The notes below the pieces were generated by a model, which ran no database searches, was not told where the DNA came from, and saw only the letters and a list, made by a program, of their open reading frames with translations. From positions 48,367 through 112,366 of IMG/VR virus record IMGVR_UViG_3300043411_001114: DNA of 64,000 bases. One strand, given 5' to 3'. This document shows positions 1 through 9,983 of this stretch, one piece after another. The stretch comes from a virus. Position 1 is the stretch's first letter, and each line of letters opens with the position of its first letter. The position numbers were made by a program, and so were the translations under genes.

Positions 1-552
1 ACGCCCACGACTCTGCTGGCCGGATCGCCCTACGAAATCGCCGGTATCGAGTGGACCAGCACCGGCCCGGTCGCCGGGACGGCCATCACCCTGAACTACA
101 TCTACAACCGGGTTCCCGAGGTCATGCAGGCGGTCATCAAGACCTCGAAGCAGATCGCCACCGACGTCATGGTCCACCAGGCCGGATACCAGCACCTGAA
201 GGTCTACCTCTCGGTCGAGTATGACCGTGGGTTTGTCGTCACCCAGGTCAACAACGCGATCAACGAGCGGCTCCGCTCGTATTTCGCCGGAATGCCCTTC
301 GGGGCCTGGATCGAAATCTCCGACCTCACCCTGGCCGTCCATCAGGTTCTCGGGGTCGACAACGTCAAGCTCACCTACGCCGACGATCCCGGGGTCGACC
401 CGGTGGCCAAGGACTACGGGATCAAGACCTACGGCGACTCGGCCGACGTCGTCTCCCTGACCGAGGATCCTTTCGAGGACGACTTCAAGCTGCGCGACAA
501 CCAGCTTCCCGTTTTCCTTGAGGCGATAGTCAGACGGCGGGCGAACCGATGA
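1..552 (+). CDS. Baseplate J-like protein, C-terminal part (gene runs off the window start)
   Basis: Frame is open from base 1 to the stop at 552. The C-terminus (INERLRSYFAGMPFGAWIEISDL...VLGVDNVKL) resembles baseplate J C-termini, and tail genes follow. Confidence 0.65.
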   Translation, partial: TPTTLLAGSPYEIAGIEWTSTGPVAGTAITLNYIYNRVPEVMQAVIKTSKQIATDVMVHQAGYQHLKVYLSVEYDRGFVVTQVNNAINERLRSYFAGMPFGAWIEISDLTLAVHQVLGVDNVKLTYADDPGVDPVAKDYGIKTYGDSADVVSLTEDPFEDDFKLRDNQLPVFLEAIVRRRANR

Positions 553-692
553 TGGGAGTGATCCGCATGGCTAACCACCCCCTCAAGCCAGATCCTCACC
601 ACGCGGCGTATATCGGGCTGATCATGAGCCTGGTCGCCTTCGGCTTCGCTGTAGCGGCCTTGGGTGCGGCACTGGCGATGGGGGTGCGCTGA
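549..692 (+). CDS. Small membrane protein (47 aa)
   Basis: Overlaps the stop of the upstream gene (ATGA) and the start of the downstream gene (TGATG). One hydrophobic segment, YIGLIMSLVAFGFAVAALGAALAMG. Confidence 0.55.
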   Translation: MMGVIRMANHPLKPDPHHAAYIGLIMSLVAFGFAVAALGAALAMGVR

Positions 693-3184
693 TGTCGTCA
701 TCAGCTTGGCCTCTCATGCCTCCGAAATCCACCGAGACCCGGCTGGAACATTTCGATGAACAGCTGTACACGGCCGATCCGACCACCCTGCTGTACAAGT
801 TCGTCGACGCCCTCTGTGGCGACGCCGGTGCGGGGAGCCTGAAGAAGGAGATATTCCTCCAACGTCTCTCTGGTGCCATGGACGGCATCTATGGCTCCGA
901 CTTGGATTACATCTTCGGCAACACCCGGGTGCTGTCCCGCGTCTCGTCGGAGGCGTACACCTACAACACCATGAGCCAGATGCTCACCTCCGACCAGTGG
1001 GACGAGGTGATGGCCAAGGATGCCTTATACCGCAACCGCATCCGGGAGTTCTTCATCGCCGCCGCCAAGGGCGGCACCGCCGAGGGAATCCGGCAGCTGG
1101 TGCATGCCGCCATCTCCTGCGACTGCCAGGTGCTGGAGAACTGGAGATATATTGATTGTGCAGATGAAGAGACAGAAATCCTTACTCGTTCAGGATACAA
1201 GCGTTATTCTGAGCTAAAAGAAGGTGAGGAGGTGCTTACACTGAACATATCTTCCGGGTTAGCGGAGTGGCAGGCCACCACCAAGATCAACGTCTTTCCC
1301 GTAATTGATCATGAAATGCTTTCTGTAGAGATGGGCGGCAGACACTCCTCCTTAACCACCATGAATCATCGCTGGCCTGTGAGCAGTAGGATTAAAAACA
1401 CCGAAGGAATCCGTGGGTATTCAGACATTCGCATTCGTGCATCCGCCGAAATAACAACCGAAGACAGATTTATTCGAGCCGCGCCAGCAATAAAATTAAC
1501 CGATTTCGCTAAATTTTCTGACTCTCTTGTCGAACTAGTCGCTTGGTTCGTGACTGAAGGTCATGTTCATGCCCAATCATCAGTTGTCACCATCGTGCAG
1601 TCCCACGCAGTTAATCCCACCAAAGTGGACAATATCAGGGCAGCTCTGACCACACTCATCGGAACTTCTGTCAAGAATTTTGATCGCACCGGGGCAAGAA
1701 AAGACCAAAGCCCTGCTTGGCGAGAATGGGTAAGTTGCTCTAAACCGGACATTACTGTATTTCGGCTCAATTCGGCTGCCGGGCGACTGTTGATCGCCCA
1801 GGCTCCTGAAAAAATAGCGTCGATGGATTTCATTAATTCATTGACACGATCCCAGCTTCAGCTTTTCCTAGACACCTGCATCGCCGCTGATGGACATGTT
1901 CGAGGAGATGGTTACCGATCTTTCATTCAAAAATCAATGGAGAGAACCGTTCCGATTCAGATTGCGGCGACTCTGCTTGGAATACCCACCTCCATCCAGA
2001 AGACGCAAGGAGTGTGCCACGTTTTAAGCCTTTGTGAGAGGCAGAAGTTCGTTCAACCTCTCGGACAAGGGCGGAAAAACGCAAAAATTGTCCGATACAC
2101 AGGAACCGTATGGTGCCCCACAACCCCTAACGGAACTTGGTTTGCTCGACGTCGGGGCACCACTTACTTCACAGGCAATTCCTTCGGTCTGGCCGGGGAT
2201 GTCGGGCGGGCCGGGGAGGGTGGGTCCTTCTCGGCGGTTGATCTCGCTACTGGACACGAGGTGATCCGCAAGACCCGCAACCAGGCCGAGTCCTACGCCG
2301 ACACCAGCGGCCTGGATGACGGGCCACACAATATCCGGGCTAACCAGGCCCGATCCGAAATCACCATCGTCCCCTACAAGACCGACCTTCACCCCCGGGA
2401 GACCCGGGTGCTGCGGGATATGCTTGACCGGATCACCCCGCAGGATACGGTGGTCACCATCAGCCCCGAGGGACTCAGCGTCAGTTCTCCCGTCACGGTA
2501 CGGGCGATCACCTCCGACTCGACGTACTACCAGGTCGAGAAGATGGTCACCGGCACCCCGGTATTGGACGAGCTTCCGCCGCCGGAGATGCTGGCGATCG
2601 ACCTCGATCCCACCGCGAACTGGCTCAACCCCCGAACCCCGGAACTGGCCCCCTACGCGCAGTTCAACATCACCCAGGAGTTCGGTTACTACTACCTGGT
2701 TTCGGGCGGTCGGCGGTCACCGATCGACGAGGTCACCTACGGGGTTCTGGAGGAGAACGACAAGGTCCGTCTGGAGGCGGCCTTCGAGTGGTACGAGCAG
2801 AACGAGCAGTTCGGGCCGTGGACCGAGTACGAGAAGGCCGACAGCCCCGACAACTACCCTGGTGGCAAGTTCGGGCTGACTCCCAACAGCCTCCCGGCCC
2901 GCAACCCAGACCGGAGTCCGTACCAGTTCCAGTACGAGTCGCAGTCGGCCTACATCACCCAGAAAAAACAGGAGGTGCTGGCGCTCGGCGGTAACGCCAA
3001 CGACACCAGATACCAGCTTCCGATACAGAAGTCGACGACGGCCAAGCGTGTCTACACACCCGACCTGGCCATCGCCTTCACGGCACCAGTTCGAGACTCG
3101 ACGGTAACCAGCAGTTGGACGTCTCGCAAGCCTCGCTACGTCAGCAGCGAGTTACGCAACTCATCGTCATTCATCCGGTCGTGA
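692..3184 (+). CDS. Baseplate/tail structural protein containing an intein
   Basis: 830-aa ORF after the baseplate J-like gene. The N-terminal 'YRNRIREFF...KGGTAEGIRQLV' resembles baseplate wedge/P2 gpI-type proteins. It contains an internal low-GC intein. Confidence 0.65.
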   Translation: MSSSAWPLMPPKSTETRLEHFDEQLYTADPTTLLYKFVDALCGDAGAGSLKKEIFLQRLSGAMDGIYGSDLDYIFGNTRVLSRVSSEAYTYNTMSQMLTSDQWDEVMAKDALYRNRIREFFIAAAKGGTAEGIRQLVHAAISCDCQVLENWRYIDCADEETEILTRSGYKRYSELKEGEEVLTLNISSGLAEWQATTKINVFPVIDHEMLSVEMGGRHSSLTTMNHRWPVSSRIKNTEGIRGYSDIRIRASAEITTEDRFIRAAPAIKLTDFAKFSDSLVELVAWFVTEGHVHAQSSVVTIVQSHAVNPTKVDNIRAALTTLIGTSVKNFDRTGARKDQSPAWREWVSCSKPDITVFRLNSAAGRLLIAQAPEKIASMDFINSLTRSQLQLFLDTCIAADGHVRGDGYRSFIQKSMERTVPIQIAATLLGIPTSIQKTQGVCHVLSLCERQKFVQPLGQGRKNAKIVRYTGTVWCPTTPNGTWFARRRGTTYFTGNSFGLAGDVGRAGEGGSFSAVDLATGHEVIRKTRNQAESYADTSGLDDGPHNIRANQARSEITIVPYKTDLHPRETRVLRDMLDRITPQDTVVTISPEGLSVSSPVTVRAITSDSTYYQVEKMVTGTPVLDELPPPEMLAIDLDPTANWLNPRTPELAPYAQFNITQEFGYYYLVSGGRRSPIDEVTYGVLEENDKVRLEAAFEWYEQNEQFGPWTEYEKADSPDNYPGGKFGLTPNSLPARNPDRSPYQFQYESQSAYITQKKQEVLALGGNANDTRYQLPIQKSTTAKRVYTPDLAIAFTAPVRDSTVTSSWTSRKPRYVSSELRNSSSFIRS
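1157..2179 (+). mobile_element. Intein (341 aa) with LAGLIDADG-type homing endonuclease
   Basis: Begins CADEETEILT (block A), has TMNHRW (block B) and VWCPTT (block F), and ends YFTGN followed by +1 Ser. LAGLIDADG-like helices are LVAWFVTEG and LDTCIAADG. GC drops sharply. Confidence 0.9.
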
Positions 3185-3205
3185 CCAGGCTGAGGAGAGC
3201 AAAAC

Positions 3206-6200
3206 ATGGCCGGTAAAACCGACTACTTTTATGACTTTCACTACCCACTGCCGTTTGTTGAGTTGATCCTCAAACTGCTCGGCAAAAAGCAGGACGGCAC
3301 CACGCAACTCACCGACACGGCGAACCGGGAATGGTTCTCCCAGCCCCGGCTGTCGTCCAGCGGCCAGACCGACTGCATCACGGTGAACTTCCGACTCCCG
3401 CTCTCGGTCAGCGAGATCAGCACCGAAATACTGCGGATGCCGTGCCTGGTGGAACTGTGGTACCAGGATCGCTCCAACAACTGGCGTCCCATCCTGGACA
3501 CCCAGCGGACCCCGCTGAAAGTCAATGTCTCCCGGTCGGACACCGCGTCGTGGTACAAGTATTTCTCGAAGTGCTACCCGATTGTGGCGAAGAAGGTGCA
3601 GTTCCGCATCACCCGCACCAACGATCCTGCAGTGGACGGGATCCCGTACCCGGTGGGGATGCGCAATACCCTGATCCGGCGCAACGTCTATGACCGCGAC
3701 TCGGGCGGCTCGTTCGAGGACGAGGTCGACATCATGGGCAACGTGGTGTCGAAGTACATCAAGGACTGGGATGCCCAGCGGGCCGCCGACGACAACTACC
3801 TGACCTTCTGGCGGTCGGCACCACAGCCCGACCCTGCAGCGGTGGTGAGCCTCTATCTCGACGTCCGCGACGAGGAGGGTCGACCGCAGGTCATCGACAA
3901 AATCTATCTCGATCCTGTCTACAGCGGTCAGCACCTGAACCTGTACTACAGCATCGACGGCCTGGTGGGCACACGATTCCTGTCACCCATCACGCTCGGG
4001 CCTGCGACGGGAACCGAGGAAGACCCGACGGTGTCGGGCATGGAGTGGCGTTCGGGGCAGGGTCTCCGGGATTCGTTGGACGTCGAGGACACCGACTCAT
4101 CGTTCTACACCTGGCCGCTGTCGATCGGCCCCCTGCCCACCCAGGACGGCTGGATCGGGGTCGAGTGGCGACCCAATTTCGAGTCGGCCAACGTCGAACT
4201 GAACCACAACCCGATTCTGTTCCAGGCCGAACAGGTTTCCGGCAAATTCAAGCCGACCCTGCTTTACGACCCCGAGAACCGGACTTTCGAACTGGTGCTC
4301 GGAACCGGGCACGTCTACACCAGTTCGGCGATCAGTCAGGAGTTCGTCGTCGGCGACTCGCTGCGCATCGTCGCCGGATGGCGGTATGTGTCGGGTGGTG
4401 ACGATGTGGTGGTCATCAAAGTCACCGACCAGCGGGGCCGAGTCCTGGCGAGCCTGAGCGAGGACACCGAACTGCCGGAGATCATCGGATTCGATGGCAC
4501 CTGTCGGGTGGCGGACTTCCGAGGAATCCTGCCCAACCTCATTGTGAAGCTGGAGAACCCGGAACTCTCGTCGGAGAACTTTCTCAAAAACCCTCTCTAC
4601 TACGTCGATCCCGACCCGGTGATTGTCGATGAGTCTGGTTCGCGCCCGGTGACGTCACTCAACAACGCCATCTACGCCGCGCCGTTCGTCGCCCGCGAGC
4701 ACGGCTCTGGCGGCTCGGACTCCAGTCATTTCGAGGACAAGGAATGGACCCCGATCTGGCGCGACTACACCGCCGTGCGGGGGATGCTGCACCTGCCCAA
4801 GCCGGTCTCGATGAGCTACCTCAAACTGGAGTTCACCAACCTGACAGAACAGCCCTACCCGATCTACGAGGCCGGAATCGAGACCTCCTACAAGGTCTTC
4901 CCGATCCAGGTCACCCAGCAGTCGTCAATCGGGCCGAAGCTCTACACCGGCGGCGGCGGCTTCCTCGGCATGGGGACATTCATCTCGATGAACGGCACCC
5001 GGTCGGTGAACTGGCTCGACCCGGTGTCGGTCATGCAGGCGGTGGGCAGCGTTCTCGGCCCCCAGACGCCACCGGTGATCATCAGCACCGCCACCCCCTA
5101 CATCGTTGACCGGCTGCCCAACAATGGGACGCAGGCCGTCGAGGAACAGACCCGGATCGAGGCCGCCTCGGCCTACGTCTACCCGAGGGAGGCCCTCAAC
5201 CCCTACATTCTGGCCCAGGACCAGTACAACACCACCATCAAAGCCGAGGGTCTGCAGGCCATCCAGCCCTACGTCGACGTCCCGTGGGAGGCTATCGAGG
5301 CCGCCAATCCCGGTTCTGTCACCAAGGTTCGGTCGACCGGCACCGTGCCGATCCGGGGCACCGACTGGTGGATTTATCCCGGCCAGCAGATCAAGGTCCC
5401 GGCGTCGGTGATGACCAAACTGACGTCGACCGAGACTGTCACCGAGCGCAAACTGACACTGGAGAACCGAACCCGGTTCAACACCACGTCGGTACACCGC
5501 TACGAGACCAGGACGGTCAAGAGGGATGCGGCGATCGCGTACTTCGCCGGGGTCCGGGAGGTTCAGCCCTACACCTCGACCTACATCACCGGCGAGGATC
5601 GGCCTTACTTCGAGTTCCCGAGCTACGACGCGACCCAGTGGACTTACGTCGAGGAGAACGCCCAGAAGTCCCCTCAAGGCCCCATCTCTGCCCGCTACCC
5701 GAACATTCCCCTGATCATCAGCAAACACTTCGAGACCCAGTCCGAGTTCGTCAAGGTCTCTATGGAATTTCAGGATTCGGGTTTGCTGAGGTCGAACTCG
5801 ATGTGGGCCGACATCGACCAGGCGGTGGCCGGGATCGAGGACACCAGACTCTCGCCCTACGTCAACACCGTCCCGGCCAACATCCCGGGCGGCAACTGGG
5901 CCGACGACCGTGCGGTCTGGCTCGACCCGGGAACGGTCTGGGGCGCGGTGCGTGGCCTGGTCTCGATCAATGTCGACAGCGACCGGCGTTACCAGGGCCG
6001 TCGGGTGCTGCACTTCACCCGGGCCGCCGGGTCTGGTGAGGCCGGTATCAGCCTCGATCAGTGGACTAATTTCGTCCCTGGTGCGCAGTTCCGGATGGGG
6101 GCCGTCTTCTATCGCCCGAACAATACCGACAACGAACTGGTGATGACCCTGACCCGCTCGGACGGGGTGGAGATTCACCGTGAGGTGCTCGACTACGCCC

Positions 6201-6997
6201 CGGTCGGACGGTGGTTCGAGCGCACCACCCAGTTCGTCGAGATACCCGAGACCTTGCCCAACAACACCTTCGACAGCGGGCTGCTCGGCTGGGTGCCACT
6301 GGGCGGCTCCTGGGCCGCCGAGACGGCGGTGGGCCGGTCGGGCACTAAATCCGCCCGGCTGACCACAAACGGCACCCTGTCCAGCCTGACCTCGTCTCGC
6401 ATGCAGTCGCTGACCGATACGGTGGTCACCGCCTCGGCCTGGGTCCGGTGGCAGGACTTGACCCCCGGCACCGACCTGATCTACCTACAGGTGCTGATGT
6501 ACGACAACGACGACGAGTTGGTGGCCACCCACACCCTGGAGAACAAAATCTCTCCGGCGCAGGCGACCATGACGTCGTGGGTACCGGTGTCGGGTTCGGT
6601 GACGGTTCCCGACGATCAGGGTGTCACCCAGGTGGCGTTCCGCATCCTGGTGGCGGTGGCGGCTGGCACGGGTGGCAAGGTCTGGGTCGATGACTTTGCC
6701 ACCGACGTACCCGGAGCGCCCCGGCAGCAGTTCACCGCCGCGCTGACGGTGGTGGGCGACGAGGAAGAGAGCCTGTACGTCTCCGACCTCTACACCGAGG
6801 TCACTCCGGTGCGGTATTTCGCCCGGCTGGGGACGGCACCGGAAGACCTCATCGAGGTCACCGACCTGCGCTACACCAAGGGGGTGGCCACCGTGACCAC
6901 CAGCCAGCCGGTGAACACCCTGGACGTCCAGGCGGTCATCAACAGCCCACGAGCCTGGGCTTTCGGCTGCAAAATAACTCCCGCCTACTTAAAATGA
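3206..6997 (+). CDS. Large minor tail/virion protein with C-terminal carbohydrate-binding-like beta-sandwich
   Basis: 1263 aa with GGAG RBS, in the tail module. The C-terminal 'LPNNTFDSGLLGW...GRSGTKSARL...VWVDD' pattern is typical of CBM4/9-like domains. Confidence 0.6.
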   Translation: MAGKTDYFYDFHYPLPFVELILKLLGKKQDGTTQLTDTANREWFSQPRLSSSGQTDCITVNFRLPLSVSEISTEILRMPCLVELWYQDRSNNWRPILDTQRTPLKVNVSRSDTASWYKYFSKCYPIVAKKVQFRITRTNDPAVDGIPYPVGMRNTLIRRNVYDRDSGGSFEDEVDIMGNVVSKYIKDWDAQRAADDNYLTFWRSAPQPDPAAVVSLYLDVRDEEGRPQVIDKIYLDPVYSGQHLNLYYSIDGLVGTRFLSPITLGPATGTEEDPTVSGMEWRSGQGLRDSLDVEDTDSSFYTWPLSIGPLPTQDGWIGVEWRPNFESANVELNHNPILFQAEQVSGKFKPTLLYDPENRTFELVLGTGHVYTSSAISQEFVVGDSLRIVAGWRYVSGGDDVVVIKVTDQRGRVLASLSEDTELPEIIGFDGTCRVADFRGILPNLIVKLENPELSSENFLKNPLYYVDPDPVIVDESGSRPVTSLNNAIYAAPFVAREHGSGGSDSSHFEDKEWTPIWRDYTAVRGMLHLPKPVSMSYLKLEFTNLTEQPYPIYEAGIETSYKVFPIQVTQQSSIGPKLYTGGGGFLGMGTFISMNGTRSVNWLDPVSVMQAVGSVLGPQTPPVIISTATPYIVDRLPNNGTQAVEEQTRIEAASAYVYPREALNPYILAQDQYNTTIKAEGLQAIQPYVDVPWEAIEAANPGSVTKVRSTGTVPIRGTDWWIYPGQQIKVPASVMTKLTSTETVTERKLTLENRTRFNTTSVHRYETRTVKRDAAIAYFAGVREVQPYTSTYITGEDRPYFEFPSYDATQWTYVEENAQKSPQGPISARYPNIPLIISKHFETQSEFVKVSMEFQDSGLLRSNSMWADIDQAVAGIEDTRLSPYVNTVPANIPGGNWADDRAVWLDPGTVWGAVRGLVSINVDSDRRYQGRRVLHFTRAAGSGEAGISLDQWTNFVPGAQFRMGAVFYRPNNTDNELVMTLTRSDGVEIHREVLDYAPVGRWFERTTQFVEIPETLPNNTFDSGLLGWVPLGGSWAAETAVGRSGTKSARLTTNGTLSSLTSSRMQSLTDTVVTASAWVRWQDLTPGTDLIYLQVLMYDNDDELVATHTLENKISPAQATMTSWVPVSGSVTVPDDQGVTQVAFRILVAVAAGTGGKVWVDDFATDVPGAPRQQFTAALTVVGDEEESLYVSDLYTEVTPVRYFARLGTAPEDLIEVTDLRYTKGVATVTTSQPVNTLDVQAVINSPRAWAFGCKITPAYLK

Positions 6998-7046
6998 TGC
7001 TATAATTACGGGACACCACCACCACCCCCGTCAGGAGATCATCATC
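6996..7046 (+). promoter_or_regulatory. Repeat promoter (TGC-TATAAT) with ACC-repeat leader and RBS
   Basis: atgcTATAATtacgggacaccaccaccaccccgtcAGGAG; the same motif recurs more than 10 times in the window. Confidence 0.7.
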
Positions 7047-7232
7047 ATGCCCGACACCAAGACCGTCATCGTCATGCCGACCCGCAAGATGTCCAAGGAG
7101 CAGCTCGCCGAGCAGGCCCACTTCGCGCGCCGGGCCGGTGCGGACGTCAACCGTGCCCGTCAGGCCCGCAAGGGGTTCGCCAAGGGCGGCCGGGCCGGTG
7201 GACGGCGTGCGGCGATCGCTTCGTTTGGGTGA
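7047..7232 (+). CDS. Small basic hypothetical protein
   Basis: Strong RBS behind the repeat promoter; high-GC3 codon usage. Confidence 0.7.
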   Translation: MPDTKTVIVMPTRKMSKEQLAEQAHFARRAGADVNRARQARKGFAKGGRAGGRRAAIASFG

Positions 7233-7307
7233 AACCCCTGGATAACGCCTCCAAACCCACCTGAATAGGTGGAACGGCACCGGCCGCCGAACGGAGGTTT
7301 CCTCTCA

Positions 7308-7571
7308 GTGAGTCTGGCAGACCATTACGATCAAGCCAACAAGCAGGAACCCAAGCCGCGCGTCTGCAAGGTGTGTGACTGGTATCGGACTTTAGAGTCT
7401 CGGGACAGGATTTTCTTCGACGAAAAGGCCGAGGAAGCACTGTCCGGCCGGGGGAGCATGCAGCAACTCCGGCGCGCAATATTATCCACCGGTTTCTACG
7501 CGGCCCGTTCGACCTTCCAGGTCCACCTGAACGAGCACCATCGGGAACTGCTGCAGGAACTGCGGTCATGA
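7308..7571 (+). CDS. Hypothetical protein (CxxC)
   Basis: GGAGG upstream of GTG 7308; its stop overlaps the next ATG. Confidence 0.55.
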   Translation: MSLADHYDQANKQEPKPRVCKVCDWYRTLESRDRIFFDEKAEEALSGRGSMQQLRRAILSTGFYAARSTFQVHLNEHHRELLQELRS

Positions 7572-8749
7572 GCCTGGAAGATCACTACAACGACCTGGAG
7601 CCATCCGGCGACGAGGCCGAAGAACACCCCTGGCGGGCCGACTGGGAGGGTGCTGAGGGCACCATCCAGACCGGTGCCCTGCCCGACGACTTCGATCCCC
7701 ACGACTTTTCTGCCGTCCTGCACCGTCTCGGGTACTCACCCGACGAGGTGAAAATGGAACTCGTCTCGGCCTCCCGCTGGGAGCAGCGCACCGCCGTCCG
7801 GGACGACGAGGGCCGCAAGACCGGCGAGATGGCGTCAACCTACCTCAACGCCTACAAATACAAGGCGGTGCGTAACGCGCTGTGCGTCCCCCTCCCGGCC
7901 CTGTACGCCGAGGTCAAGGCGTCCAAGCCGACTAAGAATGCCCCGTCCCCCACCGGACGCACGGCGGTGGTGGTGTTCGGCGACCTCCAGTGCGGCAAAG
8001 TCGATCACCTCGGTGGCCTAACCGAGATGCTGCACCGGCTGGACGAAAAACGAGCGGCACTGAAAAAGTACCTCAAATCGGCCAAGGTGGAGTCGGTGAT
8101 TATCGCCGACGTCGGCGACATCGTGGAGGGCTTCGAGAACATCCCGGCGCAGACCAGAACCAACTGCCTGTCGCTAATGGATCAGGTCGACGTCGCCGCC
8201 ACCGAATTATGGAAGACGATCCGGGTCGCCGAGAAGTTCGGGCCGGTCGACGTCCTGTCGGTGCCGAGCAACCATGCCCAGTGGAGACGTGGGAAGAGCC
8301 TGGTCGGCAAACCGACCGACGACTGGGGGCTGCACATCAATCAGCGCCTGGAAAGGCTCAATGAGGAAGCCGGTCTGCGGGTCGCCTTCCACCGCCCTCC
8401 AGACTGGGAAGAGACCCTGTCCTTCGAGGTTCAAGGAATCACGCTCGGGATGGCCCACGGCCACCAGGCCAACAGCCCCGACCGGGTCAAGGACTGGTGG
8501 GCGAAGATGACCCACGGCGGGGTGCTGGACTGCCAGATTCTGCTGACCGGCCACTATCACTTTCCCAGCCTCCGACCCAGCGGACGGGACGCCAAGACCG
8601 GACGCACCCGATGGCACATCCAGGCCTCCACCCTGGACAACGGTTCGGCCTGGGTGCGCAACAAGATGGGCGAGGATGGGGACCCGGCCATGACCGTTTT
8701 CGTCGTCGACCAGACCGGCTTCGACGTCCAGTCATTCAGTTTGCTGTGA
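7568..8749 (+). CDS. Calcineurin-like metallophosphoesterase / Mre11-like nuclease
   Basis: Motifs GDLQ, GDIVEG, SNH, AHGH and GHYH in the canonical order. Confidence 0.8.
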   Translation: MSLEDHYNDLEPSGDEAEEHPWRADWEGAEGTIQTGALPDDFDPHDFSAVLHRLGYSPDEVKMELVSASRWEQRTAVRDDEGRKTGEMASTYLNAYKYKAVRNALCVPLPALYAEVKASKPTKNAPSPTGRTAVVVFGDLQCGKVDHLGGLTEMLHRLDEKRAALKKYLKSAKVESVIIADVGDIVEGFENIPAQTRTNCLSLMDQVDVAATELWKTIRVAEKFGPVDVLSVPSNHAQWRRGKSLVGKPTDDWGLHINQRLERLNEEAGLRVAFHRPPDWEETLSFEVQGITLGMAHGHQANSPDRVKDWWAKMTHGGVLDCQILLTGHYHFPSLRPSGRDAKTGRTRWHIQASTLDNGSAWVRNKMGEDGDPAMTVFVVDQTGFDVQSFSLL

Positions 8750-8762
8750 GAGAGGAATCGCT

Positions 8763-9062
8763 GTGAAAATTTGGGTCATCAAAATGTTTGGCCGCAAAGT
8801 TCTGGAAATAGAATCCAGGGAGGAAGTCACCGTCGACGACGTGGTGCGCAGGATGGTGGCCGCCACCGTCGGGATCGTCGTGGACGACGAGTGCGACTGC
8901 GAAGAGGACTACCGGGGGATCATCGAGGGGTTGATCCCCTGCGAGTCGTGCGGCGAGATGTTCCTCCCCGACGATGAGGAAGCGGTGGACGCCGAGTTCG
9001 CCAACCTCACCGAGAGACTGATCTGGGGTCCCTCCCCGGAGGAAGAACCGGAAGAGGAGTAG
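8763..9062 (+). CDS. Acidic hypothetical protein with Cys pairs
   Basis: RBS GAGG; contains CDC and CESC motifs. Confidence 0.6.
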   Translation: MKIWVIKMFGRKVLEIESREEVTVDDVVRRMVAATVGIVVDDECDCEEDYRGIIEGLIPCESCGEMFLPDDEEAVDAEFANLTERLIWGPSPEEEPEEE

Positions 9063-9927
9063 CGTCGTCGGTAATTACCGGCTCGCGCTTGGTGGTGAGC
9101 AGGACACGCAACTTGTGCAACCCCTTCATGGTCACACGAACCTGCGGGGTGCCCAGATAGTAAACACCATCAGACCTATCGAAGTATCGTTCACCGATTT
9201 TTTCGGTCAGCCGACCGGCCTCAATTTGAGATTGATAGGGTCGCCAGTGAGACCGAGACCCCCTGGTTCGATAAATCCATCCCTGCTGTCCCATGAATTT
9301 GAACAATCGGTTGGCACCGATTTTGATGCCATAGTCGTTGTGAAGAATCGCCGAAACATCTGCGACAGCAAATGTCCCCCTAGCGTCTGCTAGGGCGAGC
9401 CAGCTTTCCGCGACCGGCTCAATGAGCTTCACATACTCCTGAGTGTCCTGGTGGTTTCGCTTTTCGTCGTCCAGCGCGTCCTGGGTGGCAATCAGCGCCG
9501 AGGCCAGCGCATCGGCACGGCGGGCCAGAAGCTGGGTCTGCAGCGCCAACTCGCGGGCGTCGGACGGCTCGTCCGGGGTGTGGCGCTGCTGCAGTTCTTC
9601 GCGCATCCGCCGGAAGGCCTGGATCAACTGGACCTTGAAGTCGACCACGGCCTCGTTGTTGCGCATGAAGGTCAACAGCAGGCTGGCCTGGTACTCGTTG
9701 AGCACGGCGTAGGTCTCGGGACGCCCCGGACCTGCGGTTATTTTTGCGATCTCAAATCGCAAAACGCCAAACTCCTCGAATTTGGCCTGATGGGTGCGAA
9801 CCAGGCGAAAAACAGAACGGTGATCGGAGTTGGTGCCCTGGGCGATCACCAGGGTCGTGGTGACGGGATCGCCGCCGTCAGCGGTTACCAGACCAACGGT
9901 GGTGTTGGTATGCTCAAGTTCTGGCAT
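9007..9927 (-). CDS. Rha-family regulator fused to antirepressor (ANT/KilA-C) domain
   Basis: N-terminal Rha motifs (TTTLVIA, GRPETYAVLNEYQASLLLTFMRN, FKVQLIQAF). C-terminal ANT motifs (IGANRLFKFM, PYQ, VRVTMKG). Start 9927 chosen by RBS. Confidence 0.8.
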   Translation of the reverse strand: MPELEHTNTTVGLVTADGGDPVTTTLVIAQGTNSDHRSVFRLVRTHQAKFEEFGVLRFEIAKITAGPGRPETYAVLNEYQASLLLTFMRNNEAVVDFKVQLIQAFRRMREELQQRHTPDEPSDARELALQTQLLARRADALASALIATQDALDDEKRNHQDTQEYVKLIEPVAESWLALADARGTFAVADVSAILHNDYGIKIGANRLFKFMGQQGWIYRTRGSRSHWRPYQSQIEAGRLTEKIGERYFDRSDGVYYLGTPQVRVTMKGLHKLRVLLTTKREPVITDDATPLPVLPPGRDPRSVSR

Positions 9928-9983
9928 GAGGACTCCGATTCCTTTTGTCGGACGACCCCCGTCCCTGAACAGGCGGGGGTCAT

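Noticed and set aside
9007-9927. Antirepressor as evidence of a temperate prophage
   Set aside because: No integrase, repressor or host genes are seen in the window, and Rha/ANT genes also occur in lytic phages.
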